A stretch of 54,763 nt of DNA from a virus (Duplodnaviria > Caudoviricetes). Below, one piece after another: positions 44,737 through 54,662 of this stretch (the stretch's first letter is position 1; each line of letters begins with the position of its first letter). The DNA is taken from positions 1 to 54,763 of IMG/VR virus record IMGVR_UViG_3300028394_000094. One strand, given 5' to 3'. Both the position numbers and the translations under genes were made by a program. The notes beneath the pieces were generated by a model. It saw nothing but the letters and a program-made list of their open reading frames with translations, did no database searches and was not told where the DNA came from.

Positions 44737-47700
44737 CTATCTAGATGCAAGTTGTTGTTTAAGTGAATCTACTTCTGCTTTTAATTCTTTTATTGCGTTA
44801 ATCATGTACCAAGTTAAGTTATCTGCATCTACAGACATTACGCCAGTTGATTCAGTCTTAACGCACTCAGGCAATACTTGTTGAAGTTCTTGGGCAATAA
44901 CACCAAGTTGAACACCAGTTTTTAAAATAGCGTCTGTAGATTTAAGTTCTGCATCAACTTCTTCAGGTAGACGATACTCAAAGTTACGCACTTGAATTGC
45001 ATTAATCTTATCTAAACCTGTGTTGTTATCTACAATGTTTTTCTTTAATCTACGGTCAGAAGTTGTAGACCAATTAGCGGAGTTATTGCCTTGATATACA
45101 CCACCAGTAGAAGGATAAATATACCCAGTAGATGAACCTTTACCAGTTATTCCAGTGGAGGCTGAAATTACAATCTCATAGTCATCACCTGCCGCACTAG
45201 GCTGTGCGTTATAACCTATCATTGTGGTATAAGAGCCAGTAGTTGTGTTATAACCAGCCTGTCTACCTACGGCTGTATTACTTACACCTATAGTATTTAA
45301 ATACAATGCATCTCTACCAACTGCTGTGTTACTGTTAGCGGTGGTGTTTGAGTAAAGGGCATTAAAACCAACTGCCGTGTTGTGAGATGCGTAGGTGTTT
45401 GCGAATAATGCTCTGTGTCCTACGGCTGTATTGTTTGTACCTGTAGTGTTGGCGTAAAGTGCGGCATATCCAGAGGCGGTATTTTCGTATCCTGTGCTGT
45501 TGTAATACAGTGCATAAGTACCAAGGGCTATATTTTCGTAACCTGTTGTATTGGTAAAAAGTGATTGTGTACCAATAGCAGTAACTCGTTCGCCTGTAGT
45601 TGAATATGCTGCTTGATAACCTACTGCTGTGTTATTAGAGGCGGTTACCCCTGATTGAAGTGCGCTTGCGCCTATAGCGGTATTTTGAGCACCTGTAGTG
45701 TTGTAGTACATAGCACTACAACCAAGCGCTGAATTGTTACTTCCTGTTGTATTTAAAGATAAAGATTGTCCGCCACAAGCAGTATTTTGAGCGCCTGTAG
45801 TATTAGCCCTTAAAGTTGTATGTCCAAGAGCGGCATTATCAGAACCTGTTGTGTTTGCCCTTAATGATTCAAAACCTACTGCGGTTATGTATGAGGCGGT
45901 AGTGTTTGATAAAAGCGCCCCATAACCTACTGCTACGTTATTAGATGCGGTTTGGCTTGTAAAAAGTGTTTGATGCCCAAGTGCTACGTTGTTGCCACCA
46001 GTAGTGTTACTATACAAAGAGAAAAAACCAACACCTATGTTGCTAGAGCCAGTTGTAGTGTTACTAACTGAATTTGCACCAAGTGCAGCGTTGTATTGCC
46101 CTGTTGTATTTAAAAACAATGCATATGAACCAACGCCTGTATTACTAGAGCCAGTAGTAACTGACAAAGCATTTGCACCAAACGCTGTGTTATCTGATGC
46201 TGTAGTATTGGCATATAAGGCTGAAGAGCCTGTTGCTGTATTACGAGTACCTGTCGTATTACTATAAAGTGCCGTATAACCTACTGCTGTGTTATTAGAT
46301 GCGGTGGTGTTAACCGATAATGCTCCTGTACCAACCGCTGTGTTGTTGCCACCAGTAGTGTTGTAATACAAAGCACCTAAAACTCCACCTGTATTATCCC
46401 ATCCACCAAGAGCGGTATTGGAAGTTCCTGTAGTGTTACTATAGCCAGCGGTTGCCCCAAGTGCTGTAATTGTACCTGTTGTATTTGAGTAAGCCGCTTG
46501 CCAACCTACTGCCGTATTGCGTGCGGAGGTGGTGTTTGAATATAAAGATTGATAACCTACTGCTGTGTTATTAGATGCGGTGGTGTTTGCGGTTAACGCA
46601 GAAGCACCTATTGCTGTGTTACTTGCTCCAGTTGTATTATTGTATAAAGCATTGATACCAAAAGCGGAGTTATCACCACCTGTAGTACTTGTTCTAAATG
46701 CTTGATGTCCAACTACGGTATTACTATTGGCTGTTGTATTTGAAAAAGCCGCTTGGTAGCCTATTGCTATGTTGTTAATACCAACAGTATTTTGACCTAA
46801 AGCACCTGAACCAACACCAATATTATAATTACCTGTAGTGTTATATCTTAATGCGGCAAGACCAAGGGCAGGCTCAGGTGAGCCAATAGCCACGTTATTT
46901 CTACCTGTGGTATTTGCATATAAAGTTCCTGCACCAACACCTACGTTTTGCTGTCCTGTAGTTGTACCGTATTGCGAATAAGAACCAATTGCTACATTAT
47001 CTGCTCCAGTAGTGTTGGAGTATCCTGCCTGATATCCTACTGCCGTGTTACCAGAGGCGGTGGTGTTAGATGTAAGCGCAGCAGAACCAATAGCTGTGTT
47101 GTATGCGCCCGAAGAATTAGTACCTAAAGCGGAATGACCAAATGCAGAATTGTCTGCCCCTGTATTTGGGTTGTACATTGCTTGATAGCCAACAGCGGTT
47201 GCCCTTAAACCTGTCTGAGCAAGATACCCAGCCCCGTAACCAACAAAAATGTTTTGAGTTCCAGTAGTATTGCTAAACCCTGCTTGATGCCCTATTGCTG
47301 TGTTGCCAGAAGCGGTTGTGTTTGCTGTTAACGCCTGATAACCTACCGCTACGTTGAAAGAGGCTGTGCTGTTTGAAACAAGCGAATTAGAACCAACAGC
47401 AACATTATAACTTCCAGTAGTATTTGTATTTAAAGCCAAATCACCGCCAGCAAAGTTGCTAGTTCCAGTTGTGTTTGAACTTAATGTTCTTGCACCAATC
47501 GCAGTACAGTATGTATCAGAGTTATTATTTCTTAAGGCTTGATAGCCTATGGCAGTTGCTAATTGCCCTGTTGTATTTGTATACAAGGCTTGATAGCCCA
47601 TCGCTGTATTTGAACCAGCAGTTGTAGTGCTATACCCCGCTTGGTAGCCAAAAAATGCTTGCCCTGTTCCAGTTGTGTTGCTGTACCCTGCTTGATAACC

Positions 47701-48531
47701 TACTGCTGTGTTGTTAGAGGCAGTAGTGTTTAATGCTAATGCCGCAGTCCCTATAGCCGTATTAGAACTACCTGAACTATTGGTAAATAAAGCGCCATAT
47801 GTTCCAGCATCTTGTGAGCCAACAGCAGTATTGTAAGAACCTGATGTAGTTAAATATAAAGCGTAATTACCAAGAGCCAAGTTGTTATTTCCACTTGTAA
47901 TACTTGCCAATCCACTAGCGCCTACTACGGTGTTATTACTAGCCGCAGCATTTCCACGCCCAACTCTTATTCCATAAACAGTTAAGTCAGTACCAGAGTA
48001 TAAAAGGTTGGCTGAGTCTGTTAGTAGCCCTGCGGTTGTGGCGTAAGTTACTCGACCACTTGTTAATCCTGCGTTTGTAATGGATGTAGCAGTAATTGCG
48101 CCTGTAGAGATTGAACTCGCATAATTAACCGCTTCTACTACGTTTGTACCGTTGTTATAGACAAACATGGACTTACCAGCAGCTACGGCAATCCCTGTCC
48201 CTGTTGTGTTCTTAACCGTTACTGCATCCGCTAGACCGTTATTAACGAGGTAGAGTTTCTCGATCTGACATCCTGAACCAAGGATTAAGTTCCTTGCACC
48301 GCCAGATGTACCTGTTAGATTAAGGCGTAAGTTACGGGCTGCTTGTGTAGTATTAGTATCTGTTAGTGTTATGGTTACATCCGCACTTGAGAAAGCTACG
48401 TCCGCTGAACCTGTTATTGCCTCACCTAAAGCAGCATCGCCTAGGTTTACGTTGGTTGTTGCGCCCCATGTTCCAGATTGTTCACCTGTAGCTATTAACT
48501 CTATCTTTAGTGCTGAATATGTGGATGCCAT
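44737..48531 (-). CDS. Tail fibre/adhesin with NTAVG repeats and C-terminal S74 intramolecular chaperone
   Basis: Dozens of ~14-aa NTT(G/A)xxNTAxG repeats; autocleavage motif TSDRRLKKNI followed by a coiled coil. Confidence 0.9.
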   Translation of the reverse strand: MASTYSALKIELIATGEQSGTWGATTNVNLGDAALGEAITGSADVAFSSADVTITLTDTNTTQAARNLRLNLTGTSGGARNLILGSGCQIEKLYLVNNGLADAVTVKNTTGTGIAVAAGKSMFVYNNGTNVVEAVNYASSISTGAITATSITNAGLTSGRVTYATTAGLLTDSANLLYSGTDLTVYGIRVGRGNAAASNNTVVGASGLASITSGNNNLALGNYALYLTTSGSYNTAVGSQDAGTYGALFTNSSGSSNTAIGTAALALNTTASNNTAVGYQAGYSNTTGTGQAFFGYQAGYSTTTAGSNTAMGYQALYTNTTGQLATAIGYQALRNNNSDTYCTAIGARTLSSNTTGTSNFAGGDLALNTNTTGSYNVAVGSNSLVSNSTASFNVAVGYQALTANTTASGNTAIGHQAGFSNTTGTQNIFVGYGAGYLAQTGLRATAVGYQAMYNPNTGADNSAFGHSALGTNSSGAYNTAIGSAALTSNTTASGNTAVGYQAGYSNTTGADNVAIGSYSQYGTTTGQQNVGVGAGTLYANTTGRNNVAIGSPEPALGLAALRYNTTGNYNIGVGSGALGQNTVGINNIAIGYQAAFSNTTANSNTVVGHQAFRTSTTGGDNSAFGINALYNNTTGASNTAIGASALTANTTASNNTAVGYQSLYSNTTSARNTAVGWQAAYSNTTGTITALGATAGYSNTTGTSNTALGGWDNTGGVLGALYYNTTGGNNTAVGTGALSVNTTASNNTAVGYTALYSNTTGTRNTATGSSALYANTTASDNTAFGANALSVTTGSSNTGVGSYALFLNTTGQYNAALGANSVSNTTTGSSNIGVGFFSLYSNTTGGNNVALGHQTLFTSQTASNNVAVGYGALLSNTTASYITAVGFESLRANTTGSDNAALGHTTLRANTTGAQNTACGGQSLSLNTTGSNNSALGCSAMYYNTTGAQNTAIGASALQSGVTASNNTAVGYQAAYSTTGERVTAIGTQSLFTNTTGYENIALGTYALYYNSTGYENTASGYAALYANTTGTNNTAVGHRALFANTYASHNTAVGFNALYSNTTANSNTAVGRDALYLNTIGVSNTAVGRQAGYNTTTGSYTTMIGYNAQPSAAGDDYEIVISASTGITGKGSSTGYIYPSTGGVYQGNNSANWSTTSDRRLKKNIVDNNTGLDKINAIQVRNFEYRLPEEVDAELKSTDAILKTGVQLGVIAQELQQVLPECVKTESTGVMSVDADNLTWYMINAIKELKAEVDSLKQQLASR

Positions 48532-48540
48532 AATTATTCC

Positions 48541-49338
48541 TTAAAATGTTACTATTTCTTCCCAGTTAGGAGTATTTGCATTATTAATCTCTGCCCAATT
48601 TGGCGTTTGATCATCATTAATTACACTCCAGTAATAATACCCTAAATTACCCGTTTTTCCCACCGCATTAACACCTGTTAATGCTACCGTTATTCCACCG
48701 TTTGTTATTGTTCCTACTGCACCCGCTCCAGCAACTCCGGTTATTGTCTGTCCCGGAAATATAATACCAACTAAACCCGATGCGCCAACTCCAGTTAATG
48801 CTATTGAGATATTATCAGTCTCAACACCTACTAAGCCACTAGCCAATACACCTGTTAAAGCTGGTAAGTTATTGGCAACTACTGTTCCTACAGTTCCGCT
48901 TCCAACTACACCGGTTAAAGCTGCTTCTTTTGCTGCTGTTATAGAACCAACTGCGCCGCTTGCAAAATCTCCAGTTATAAATACAGACTTACCTTGCGTT
49001 ACCGTTCCTACTGCACCAGAACCTAAAACTCCTGTAAGTGCTTTTTCTTGTGCATACGATATAGTTCCAGCTAAGCCACTTGCATTTACACCTGTTAAGG
49101 CTATATTTAATTCTGGTAACGCTGTTCCTACAAACCCACTAGCAAATGTGCCGTCTTCATTCTCAGCCGCACTTGCTACTACTATCCCAACCGCTCCACT
49201 AGCCCCAACACCGGTCAAAGCTATGGTAATTGTTGGTACTTCTATTCCTACGAGACCAGTTCCTACTACGCCAGTTAACTCAAGCGTTCCGCCCCAACCA
49301 TTATCGCCCCACGCATTATTACCCCAGCCCAGAGCCAT
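48541..49338 (-). CDS. Gly/Val-rich repetitive virion protein
   Basis: GWG..WG..GWG start, ALTGV..SG.VG repeats, TPNW end. Confidence 0.7.
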   Translation of the reverse strand: MALGWGNNAWGDNGWGGTLELTGVVGTGLVGIEVPTITIALTGVGASGAVGIVVASAAENEDGTFASGFVGTALPELNIALTGVNASGLAGTISYAQEKALTGVLGSGAVGTVTQGKSVFITGDFASGAVGSITAAKEAALTGVVGSGTVGTVVANNLPALTGVLASGLVGVETDNISIALTGVGASGLVGIIFPGQTITGVAGAGAVGTITNGGITVALTGVNAVGKTGNLGYYYWSVINDDQTPNWAEINNANTPNWEEIVTF

Positions 49339-49346
49339 ACGTCACC

Positions 49347-49826
49347 TTAAGTTGTTGATAAGCGTACTAAAGCAGTGGAAGTTGTATTCGATGGCATTGT
49401 TAAAGTAAAGTTACCAGCAGTAATTGTCTGTGAACCAAAGGTATACACGGCAACCGCCTTGTTAGACTGAGTTGAGTTATATAACAACATGGTGTCAAAT
49501 GCAGTAGACAGTGTTACTGTCGTGTAAGTAATACTTGCAGATGGTGTCCAATACCCTACGCCAGCCGTTGTAGATGAGTTTGTAGATGCGGGATTAGTTG
49601 CACCTGTAACCGTTACCCCACCAGCCGTATATCCTGTACCTGTTACTTCACCAGTTGCGCTATACGCAGTAGTAGAAGCATTAAGCGTAGCAGATGCTAG
49701 ATATAACGCCGCTTTAAATGTATTTGCTGTACTTGCAGTTTGCGCTGGATTAGCTGAACTAAAGTTATGGGTTGCGCTTAAAAGCTCACCCAAAAACGAA
49801 GTACACATTGATTGAGTATTTGCCAT
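49347..49826 (-). CDS. Virion structural protein
   Basis: TSF..ELL..THNF, FKAALY, GTGYTAGG; paralogue of 50028-50447. Confidence 0.75.
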   Translation of the reverse strand: MANTQSMCTSFLGELLSATHNFSSANPAQTASTANTFKAALYLASATLNASTTAYSATGEVTGTGYTAGGVTVTGATNPASTNSSTTAGVGYWTPSASITYTTVTLSTAFDTMLLYNSTQSNKAVAVYTFGSQTITAGNFTLTMPSNTTSTALVRLSTT

Positions 49827-49829
49827 GAT

Positions 49830-50021
49830 TTATCCTAAAGTTGCCCCGACTAGATCGGTAAATGGTGAAGTTTTAAGGGTTACATGAGCAGAACGGTGGA
49901 CTAGTTCACCATCTAGCCAATACTCTGTCCAAGTTGTGTATTCAACGTCATTATCAACTGAACCTTCTTTTTTTTCAAGAAGGGAGTCATCCATTTCGCC
50001 TTTTGTTGTTGTAACTAACAT
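49830..50021 (-). CDS. Small conserved protein
   Basis: AGGA RBS; EYWLDGELVHRSAHV. Confidence 0.7.
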   Translation of the reverse strand: MLVTTTKGEMDDSLLEKKEGSVDNDVEYTTWTEYWLDGELVHRSAHVTLKTSPFTDLVGATLG

Positions 50022-50027
50022 AGTATC

Positions 50028-50447
50028 CTAAGCCTGTCTAATTACTGCAGATGTTGATGTATTTGTTGGAAAAGTAATTTGGAACGTAGCATTACAGGTT
50101 TTATCTGCCCCAAAATTTAAAATAAATATTGAAGCATTACTCCTAGTAACATTATAAAACAAAGCACCCCTACAAGTAAATGCTGCAGGACTCCATAATA
50201 AGTTATCAAAACTAATATATAAAACGCCCGAGGCGGCATCAGTATTAATTGTTGTACCTGTAACAAGTTTACCCCCTGCTGTGTAGCCCGTACCTGTAAT
50301 CTCACCTACCGTTGTGTATGCTGTGGTAGCACCTGTTATATTAGCACCACCGTTATATAAAGCACAGTATATAGTATCAGTAGCTAAATTCTGTCCAGCT
50401 TGGACAGCTTGAGATTTAAAGGAAGTGGTGATGGTTTGAATTATCAT
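50028..50447 (-). CDS. Virion structural protein (paralogue of 49347-49826)
   Basis: TTSFK, CALY, GTGYTAGG, FGADKT. Confidence 0.75.
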   Translation of the reverse strand: MIIQTITTSFKSQAVQAGQNLATDTIYCALYNGGANITGATTAYTTVGEITGTGYTAGGKLVTGTTINTDAASGVLYISFDNLLWSPAAFTCRGALFYNVTRSNASIFILNFGADKTCNATFQITFPTNTSTSAVIRQA

Positions 50448-51283
50448 TTAACTGGGTACCTAATCTGCCCATCTCTGTACGCATCACCACGTTCTTTACC
50501 ATCACCTAATTGTTTGAGTAACAACATTGCATCGCCATAGCGTTGAGCATACAAAGCCACAAGGTCAGCTTCACCTTTCATAAAGGTAATCGCTTCACAT
50601 AAACAGCCGTTTAACAAGGCTGTATCAAAGTTATCACCAAGCCAAGTAGTACCAGAAGTAACAATAGACTCTGGGTAGAAGAAATAATGTAACTCCATGT
50701 TGTAAGCTTTATCTGGAGTCGGTCCTAGTATAAGACTCAACTCAGCAGGGTATGTATATTGAGGTCCAAATATGGCGTAGTATTGGGGTAAACCCGTATA
50801 GTTTGGTAGTGTGTATGACTCACGAATAAAGTTAACATCTTTATCAAGCAAGTAATTATACTCACCTTGGAATATCATTGAACCTGATACTGTGCCACTA
50901 TTGACAACCGATAAAGAAATTGTAGTACTAGCAATACCAATTACTAAAGCACCTGTACCAATTCCGGTACCTGTAACAGACTGCCCTATAACAATATTAG
51001 TGTTACTAGATACAGTAATTGTGTTTAATCCAGATGTTCCAGTAGCCGTAGGAGTAGCGTAGGAGTAAATAGCTAAAGAAAATACAGACAAAAAATCATT
51101 CGGACAGGCTACATACTTGTTAGCCGGACTCGTAACCCCTATCACATTCTTTCGGAGTGATGGTAACTGAACAGAGTTATAAATCTTCTGTTCAGTCTGT
51201 TGGGTAAATGTAGCGAGTTCAGTAGCTGTAAAAGTGTTTTCTGTATAACTCTGAATTGCAGCACATAATTGTGTGTAGTTCAT
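50444..51283 (-). CDS. Head-tail adaptor/tail tubular protein-like
   Basis: MNYTQL...IQSYTEN, G.PQYYA, LGPTPD, LLNG.L.EA..FMKG. Confidence 0.65.
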   Translation of the reverse strand: MNYTQLCAAIQSYTENTFTATELATFTQQTEQKIYNSVQLPSLRKNVIGVTSPANKYVACPNDFLSVFSLAIYSYATPTATGTSGLNTITVSSNTNIVIGQSVTGTGIGTGALVIGIASTTISLSVVNSGTVSGSMIFQGEYNYLLDKDVNFIRESYTLPNYTGLPQYYAIFGPQYTYPAELSLILGPTPDKAYNMELHYFFYPESIVTSGTTWLGDNFDTALLNGCLCEAITFMKGEADLVALYAQRYGDAMLLLKQLGDGKERGDAYRDGQIRYPVK

Positions 51284-51549
51284 TAGCCCATCGGTCCTCT
51301 AGCCATCACACCTTTAGTAGCAGCGCCTGTACCACGGATTTTAATAGCACCGTTAGGATTCTCTGGAGTATAACTTCCCTTACTAATTCCACCAGCAGAG
51401 ATGTTCATCTTATTCATGCGTTCAGCGCCAGTACTATACTTGCTATCTTCTTGAATAGAACTTTTCTTGCCGTTCATAGTATGTGGTTCGGCATAAACTT
51501 CTGCGTTACCAACTTCTTTACCCATTACTTTCTTAGAAAACTTTGCCAT
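51283..51549 (-). CDS. Small basic protein
   Basis: C-terminal IRGTGAATKG..ARGPM. Confidence 0.7.
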   Translation of the reverse strand: MAKFSKKVMGKEVGNAEVYAEPHTMNGKKSSIQEDSKYSTGAERMNKMNISAGGISKGSYTPENPNGAIKIRGTGAATKGVMARGPMG

Positions 51550-51737
51550 TATCTGCCCCTTTGTGCGGCTACTTTAGCCATGTTTCGTCCCATAGACTTC
51601 ATGTTGGAATTAATTTTACCAACACCATTCTTCATCGGTCCGTTTTCAATTTTTATATTTGGTCCAGAGTCACCAAGGTTTGTACCTTTAGTTTTTCCAG
51701 ATTTAGTTATGCCATCGGCTGCTTTTCTGAATCCCAT
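51549..51737 (-). CDS. Small basic protein
   Basis: AAGGAG RBS; ADGITKSGKTKG motif shared with 53360 and 53652. Confidence 0.7.
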   Translation of the reverse strand: MGFRKAADGITKSGKTKGTNLGDSGPNIKIENGPMKNGVGKINSNMKSMGRNMAKVAAQRGR

Positions 51738-51747
51738 TTTACACTCC

Positions 51748-52176
51748 TTAAGTTACTGTAATTGTTACATCTGATACTAGCCAAGCTGGTGCTAAATAGT
51801 TAGGTGTTAATCCTGCATCATTTGCTCTTGACCCACCAACAGGGTACCAACCCCATTGTATAATTCTACTACCTAATTCGGGATAACCGTTAGAATCTAC
51901 ACTATTATTATTCGCAACAGTTACTTGTAAACCACTTGTTCCAGAAGCATAATAACTTATATCAGGTCTTGGCTCCCTTACTGCTTGCGGGTCATTAACC
52001 GGATACATACCCAATCTTAACTGCGGTTGATCAGGTTCCCAACACTCAGGACATACTAAAATATTAACCGTTTTGGTTTTAATTACAAGCTTCTTTAATA
52101 CCTTGAGCATATACCGTTGACCACAACGATCACACTCCGCAATACTGTGTTTACCCGAAGCAAATCTATTAGGCAT
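51748..52176 (-). CDS. Zn-ribbon late protein
   Basis: CDRCG...VCPECWEPDQPQL. Confidence 0.75.
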   Translation of the reverse strand: MPNRFASGKHSIAECDRCGQRYMLKVLKKLVIKTKTVNILVCPECWEPDQPQLRLGMYPVNDPQAVREPRPDISYYASGTSGLQVTVANNNSVDSNGYPELGSRIIQWGWYPVGGSRANDAGLTPNYLAPAWLVSDVTITVT

Positions 52177-52179
52177 ATA

Positions 52180-53109
52180 TTACCTATAAAAAGACATACG
52201 AGGAACATATCTACTTGCTGCTTTTTCCCTATCTTCTTGAGCAGCTAAATCAAACTGTTGTTCATAATCAGCTTTTAACAATTGGGCACGGTTTGGGTCT
52301 ACTTCCGGTATCTTAATGCTTAAATAGTAAGCAAGCCCAGCCGCCATACATGGTATCCATCTAAACGGTATGTCCTGCATATATACACCCCCGCCTCCAG
52401 CATCCTGTATACGGCGCATCCTATAGTAAACAAAGGTGTAAGTAGTGCCTGTTTCAGGAGTGGGCCAAACATTAATATTTGGTAAGTAGTTAATAGATAC
52501 ATATGTTAATACAGGATGTGTAGCAGCAGTTGTACCGTTCTGCGCACGAGAACAATTTAATAGTTGATTATTTGCTGTACTTACCGCTTGGTAATAAATA
52601 GTTTCAGCGTCAATATTTACAAATCCGTTACTAGGAAGTAACGCAACATTGCTTACAGTAATTGTTGTAGCAGTAGTAGTTACAGCAGTTGCTACTGTAA
52701 CTGTTGTTGGGGAAATATTCCCGCTCTGTCTATTTACCCAAACTTGGATTGGTCTACCTGTAGTTGTCTTATTAGGAATCGTCATATAGGTAGGTTCAGA
52801 AATCCGACTAATATTAATATCTTGCTGGTTAACTTCACCATTATTAGTACGAGTTACCATGTCTAAAAGGTCTATGGTATCTACAGGGTATGGGTAGGAA
52901 GCTTGTCCTGACACTAAAGTAATTGCGCCTTGGTCAACTGTCCATAAGTTAATACCACGATTAGCCCATTCAATCGTTAGAATGTTCATACTACGGCGAG
53001 CAGTCTTCAGGTCGTAGCCTGTACGTAGCTGTTTACCACAACGCTCAAAAGCCTCTTCAACGAGGTTATTTAGGTCAAGGTCAAATGCGGAAGTGCCGCT
53101 AGTTGTCAT
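52180..53109 (-). CDS. Second adaptor-like virion protein (P22 gp4-like)
   Basis: EEAFERCG, ARRSMN....EWANRGINLW, VWPTP, AGLAYYL. Confidence 0.65.
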   Translation of the reverse strand: MTTSGTSAFDLDLNNLVEEAFERCGKQLRTGYDLKTARRSMNILTIEWANRGINLWTVDQGAITLVSGQASYPYPVDTIDLLDMVTRTNNGEVNQQDINISRISEPTYMTIPNKTTTGRPIQVWVNRQSGNISPTTVTVATAVTTTATTITVSNVALLPSNGFVNIDAETIYYQAVSTANNQLLNCSRAQNGTTAATHPVLTYVSINYLPNINVWPTPETGTTYTFVYYRMRRIQDAGGGGVYMQDIPFRWIPCMAAGLAYYLSIKIPEVDPNRAQLLKADYEQQFDLAAQEDREKAASRYVPRMSFYR

Positions 53110-53363
53110 TACTTCCTCTTTTTAGCCGTCTTTGCTGAATTGATGAAATCCATTGCGGAGGGAGCGCCTTTGGCTCCGACTTTCCGCATTTTCTCTTTAG
53201 AACCAGCAGCAATTCTTTTACGCTTTGCATTAATGTTTGCATATAAGCCCACCTTACCACCTTCAGCAAATTGAGTAAAATCCGTATCGTCTCTGCGGGC
53301 TTTCTTTTTACCACCCGGCATTTTGGATGGGTCTATTGCCCCCATTCCACGAGAGGCTCTCAT
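53109..53363 (-). CDS. Small basic protein
   Basis: SRGMG, FAEGG, GLYANI.AKRKRI. Confidence 0.7.
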   Translation of the reverse strand: MRASRGMGAIDPSKMPGGKKKARRDDTDFTQFAEGGKVGLYANINAKRKRIAAGSKEKMRKVGAKGAPSAMDFINSAKTAKKRK

Positions 53364-53650
53364 ACCATCTTCCCACGAGTTTTACCACGAACACAACAGC
53401 CATCAGCACGTTTAGAAGCAGAACCAACTTTACCACCTTTAGCATATTTCTCAGGGGTTATAGTTATTTCTTTCTCTATAGTAACTTCTTTCGCAGGTTC
53501 TTTTCCTTTTGATTTTGTTCTACGGGTTTTAGACTCTTCACGAGTCTCCCCACCAAGTTCTTCGTTAATAACTTCAACGGGATTGGCTAGACCTTTAGTA
53601 TCTAAAAAGTTACTAGCCTTATCGCTTAGACCTTTAATAAAATCTCTCAT
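53360..53650 (-). CDS. Small basic protein
   Basis: YAKGG.V.SASKRADG...RGKTRG. Confidence 0.7.
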   Translation of the reverse strand: MRDFIKGLSDKASNFLDTKGLANPVEVINEELGGETREESKTRRTKSKGKEPAKEVTIEKEITITPEKYAKGGKVGSASKRADGCCVRGKTRGKMV

Positions 53651-53651
53651 G

Positions 53652-54233
53652 TTAGCAGTACCTTCCGCCTTTAGACATCTTAACCATTGTACCTTTAGTT
53701 AAACCTTTTTTAGCTACGCCATTAGCTGATTTACGGAATGTTCCGCCTTTAGCTAGTTTAAGGTCTGTACCTTTACCACCTTTGTGTTCTTGGGCATCGT
53801 GTTGTTTCATGGCTTTTTTGATCATTGCTTTATCTTGCGCTGTATCATTTTTAGCCATACCACCCATAGCCATTTTCTTGACCTTACCACCTTTTTTCAT
53901 CATTCCGGGAGTTCCGGGTTCAGGAGAACCAGTTTGCATCATTTGATTGTCCATACCCATGCGTCCGCCTACAGGAGCCATAGGTGCTCGTGGCATTGAT
54001 CTTGGGGGCATCATTGGTTTTTTCTTAGCCAATAATGCTGCCATCATTTTTGGGTCCATCTTAGGAGACATTTTTGAAGCCATCGTATCACCACCTTCAT
54101 TAAAAGTTTTGCCTTTGTCGGCAGTTGAAAAATCACGTCCCACGGATTGTGGAACACCTACCTTCTTAGCAAAAGCTTTATTATGAGCAATTGCTTCCAT
54201 AAATTTGTGTTGCTTTTTACTGCTACTTGGCAT
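53652..54233 (-). CDS. Met/Lys-rich basic protein with repeated xxxGG motifs
   Basis: FNEGG, MKKGG, MAMGG, LAKGG, MSKGG. Confidence 0.75.
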   Translation of the reverse strand: MPSSSKKQHKFMEAIAHNKAFAKKVGVPQSVGRDFSTADKGKTFNEGGDTMASKMSPKMDPKMMAALLAKKKPMMPPRSMPRAPMAPVGGRMGMDNQMMQTGSPEPGTPGMMKKGGKVKKMAMGGMAKNDTAQDKAMIKKAMKQHDAQEHKGGKGTDLKLAKGGTFRKSANGVAKKGLTKGTMVKMSKGGRYC

Positions 54234-54405
54234 CTTTCTTTCCTAACCAGCCTTGAACTGTTTTAGTTTCGTAGATACGTATAGCCGTCCAGACTATAGT
54301 AAATATAGCGCCAATAGAGGGTAGCATATCCATTAATGTTCCTACTACAGTTACTAAAGATAAAGCATCAATTACATACTTTATGTTCTCATTTAAAGTG
54401 TCCAT
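54223..54405 (-). CDS. Small two-TM membrane protein (holin-like)
   Basis: TGATG coupling at 54405; LPSIGAIFTIVWTAIRIYE. Confidence 0.65.
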   Translation of the reverse strand: MDTLNENIKYVIDALSLVTVVGTLMDMLPSIGAIFTIVWTAIRIYETKTVQGWLGKKDAK

Positions 54406-54662
54406 CAACATTTCCACCTTTTTAAACTTGCGGCTTTCCTAGTTGGTTTGCCGTTCTCGTCTTTCATTGGTCCGGGCATTCCTGACATCCTAGCGCAGAA
54501 TGACCTCTTTCTTGCACCGCCTTGCGGTTGCGGAGCCTTTAGATTAGACCCCGTAGCCGCATTGTACTTAGCTCTACCCTTGGCAGTAAGACCCGCCCCT
54601 TTAGATACAGGTAGCTTCTCACCCCTACCAATAGCAAGAGACGGACCTTTTTTCTTAGCCAT
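54405..54662 (-). CDS. Small basic protein of the SFCARM type
   Basis: GLTAKGRAKYN...LKAP...RKRSFCARM.G...SLKRWKC. Confidence 0.75.
   Translation of the reverse strand: MAKKKGPSLAIGRGEKLPVSKGAGLTAKGRAKYNAATGSNLKAPQPQGGARKRSFCARMSGMPGPMKDENGKPTRKAASLKRWKC

Noticed and set aside
44737-48531. Diversity-generating retroelement targeting the tail fibre
   Set aside because: No reverse transcriptase and no adenine-specific TR/VR pair seen
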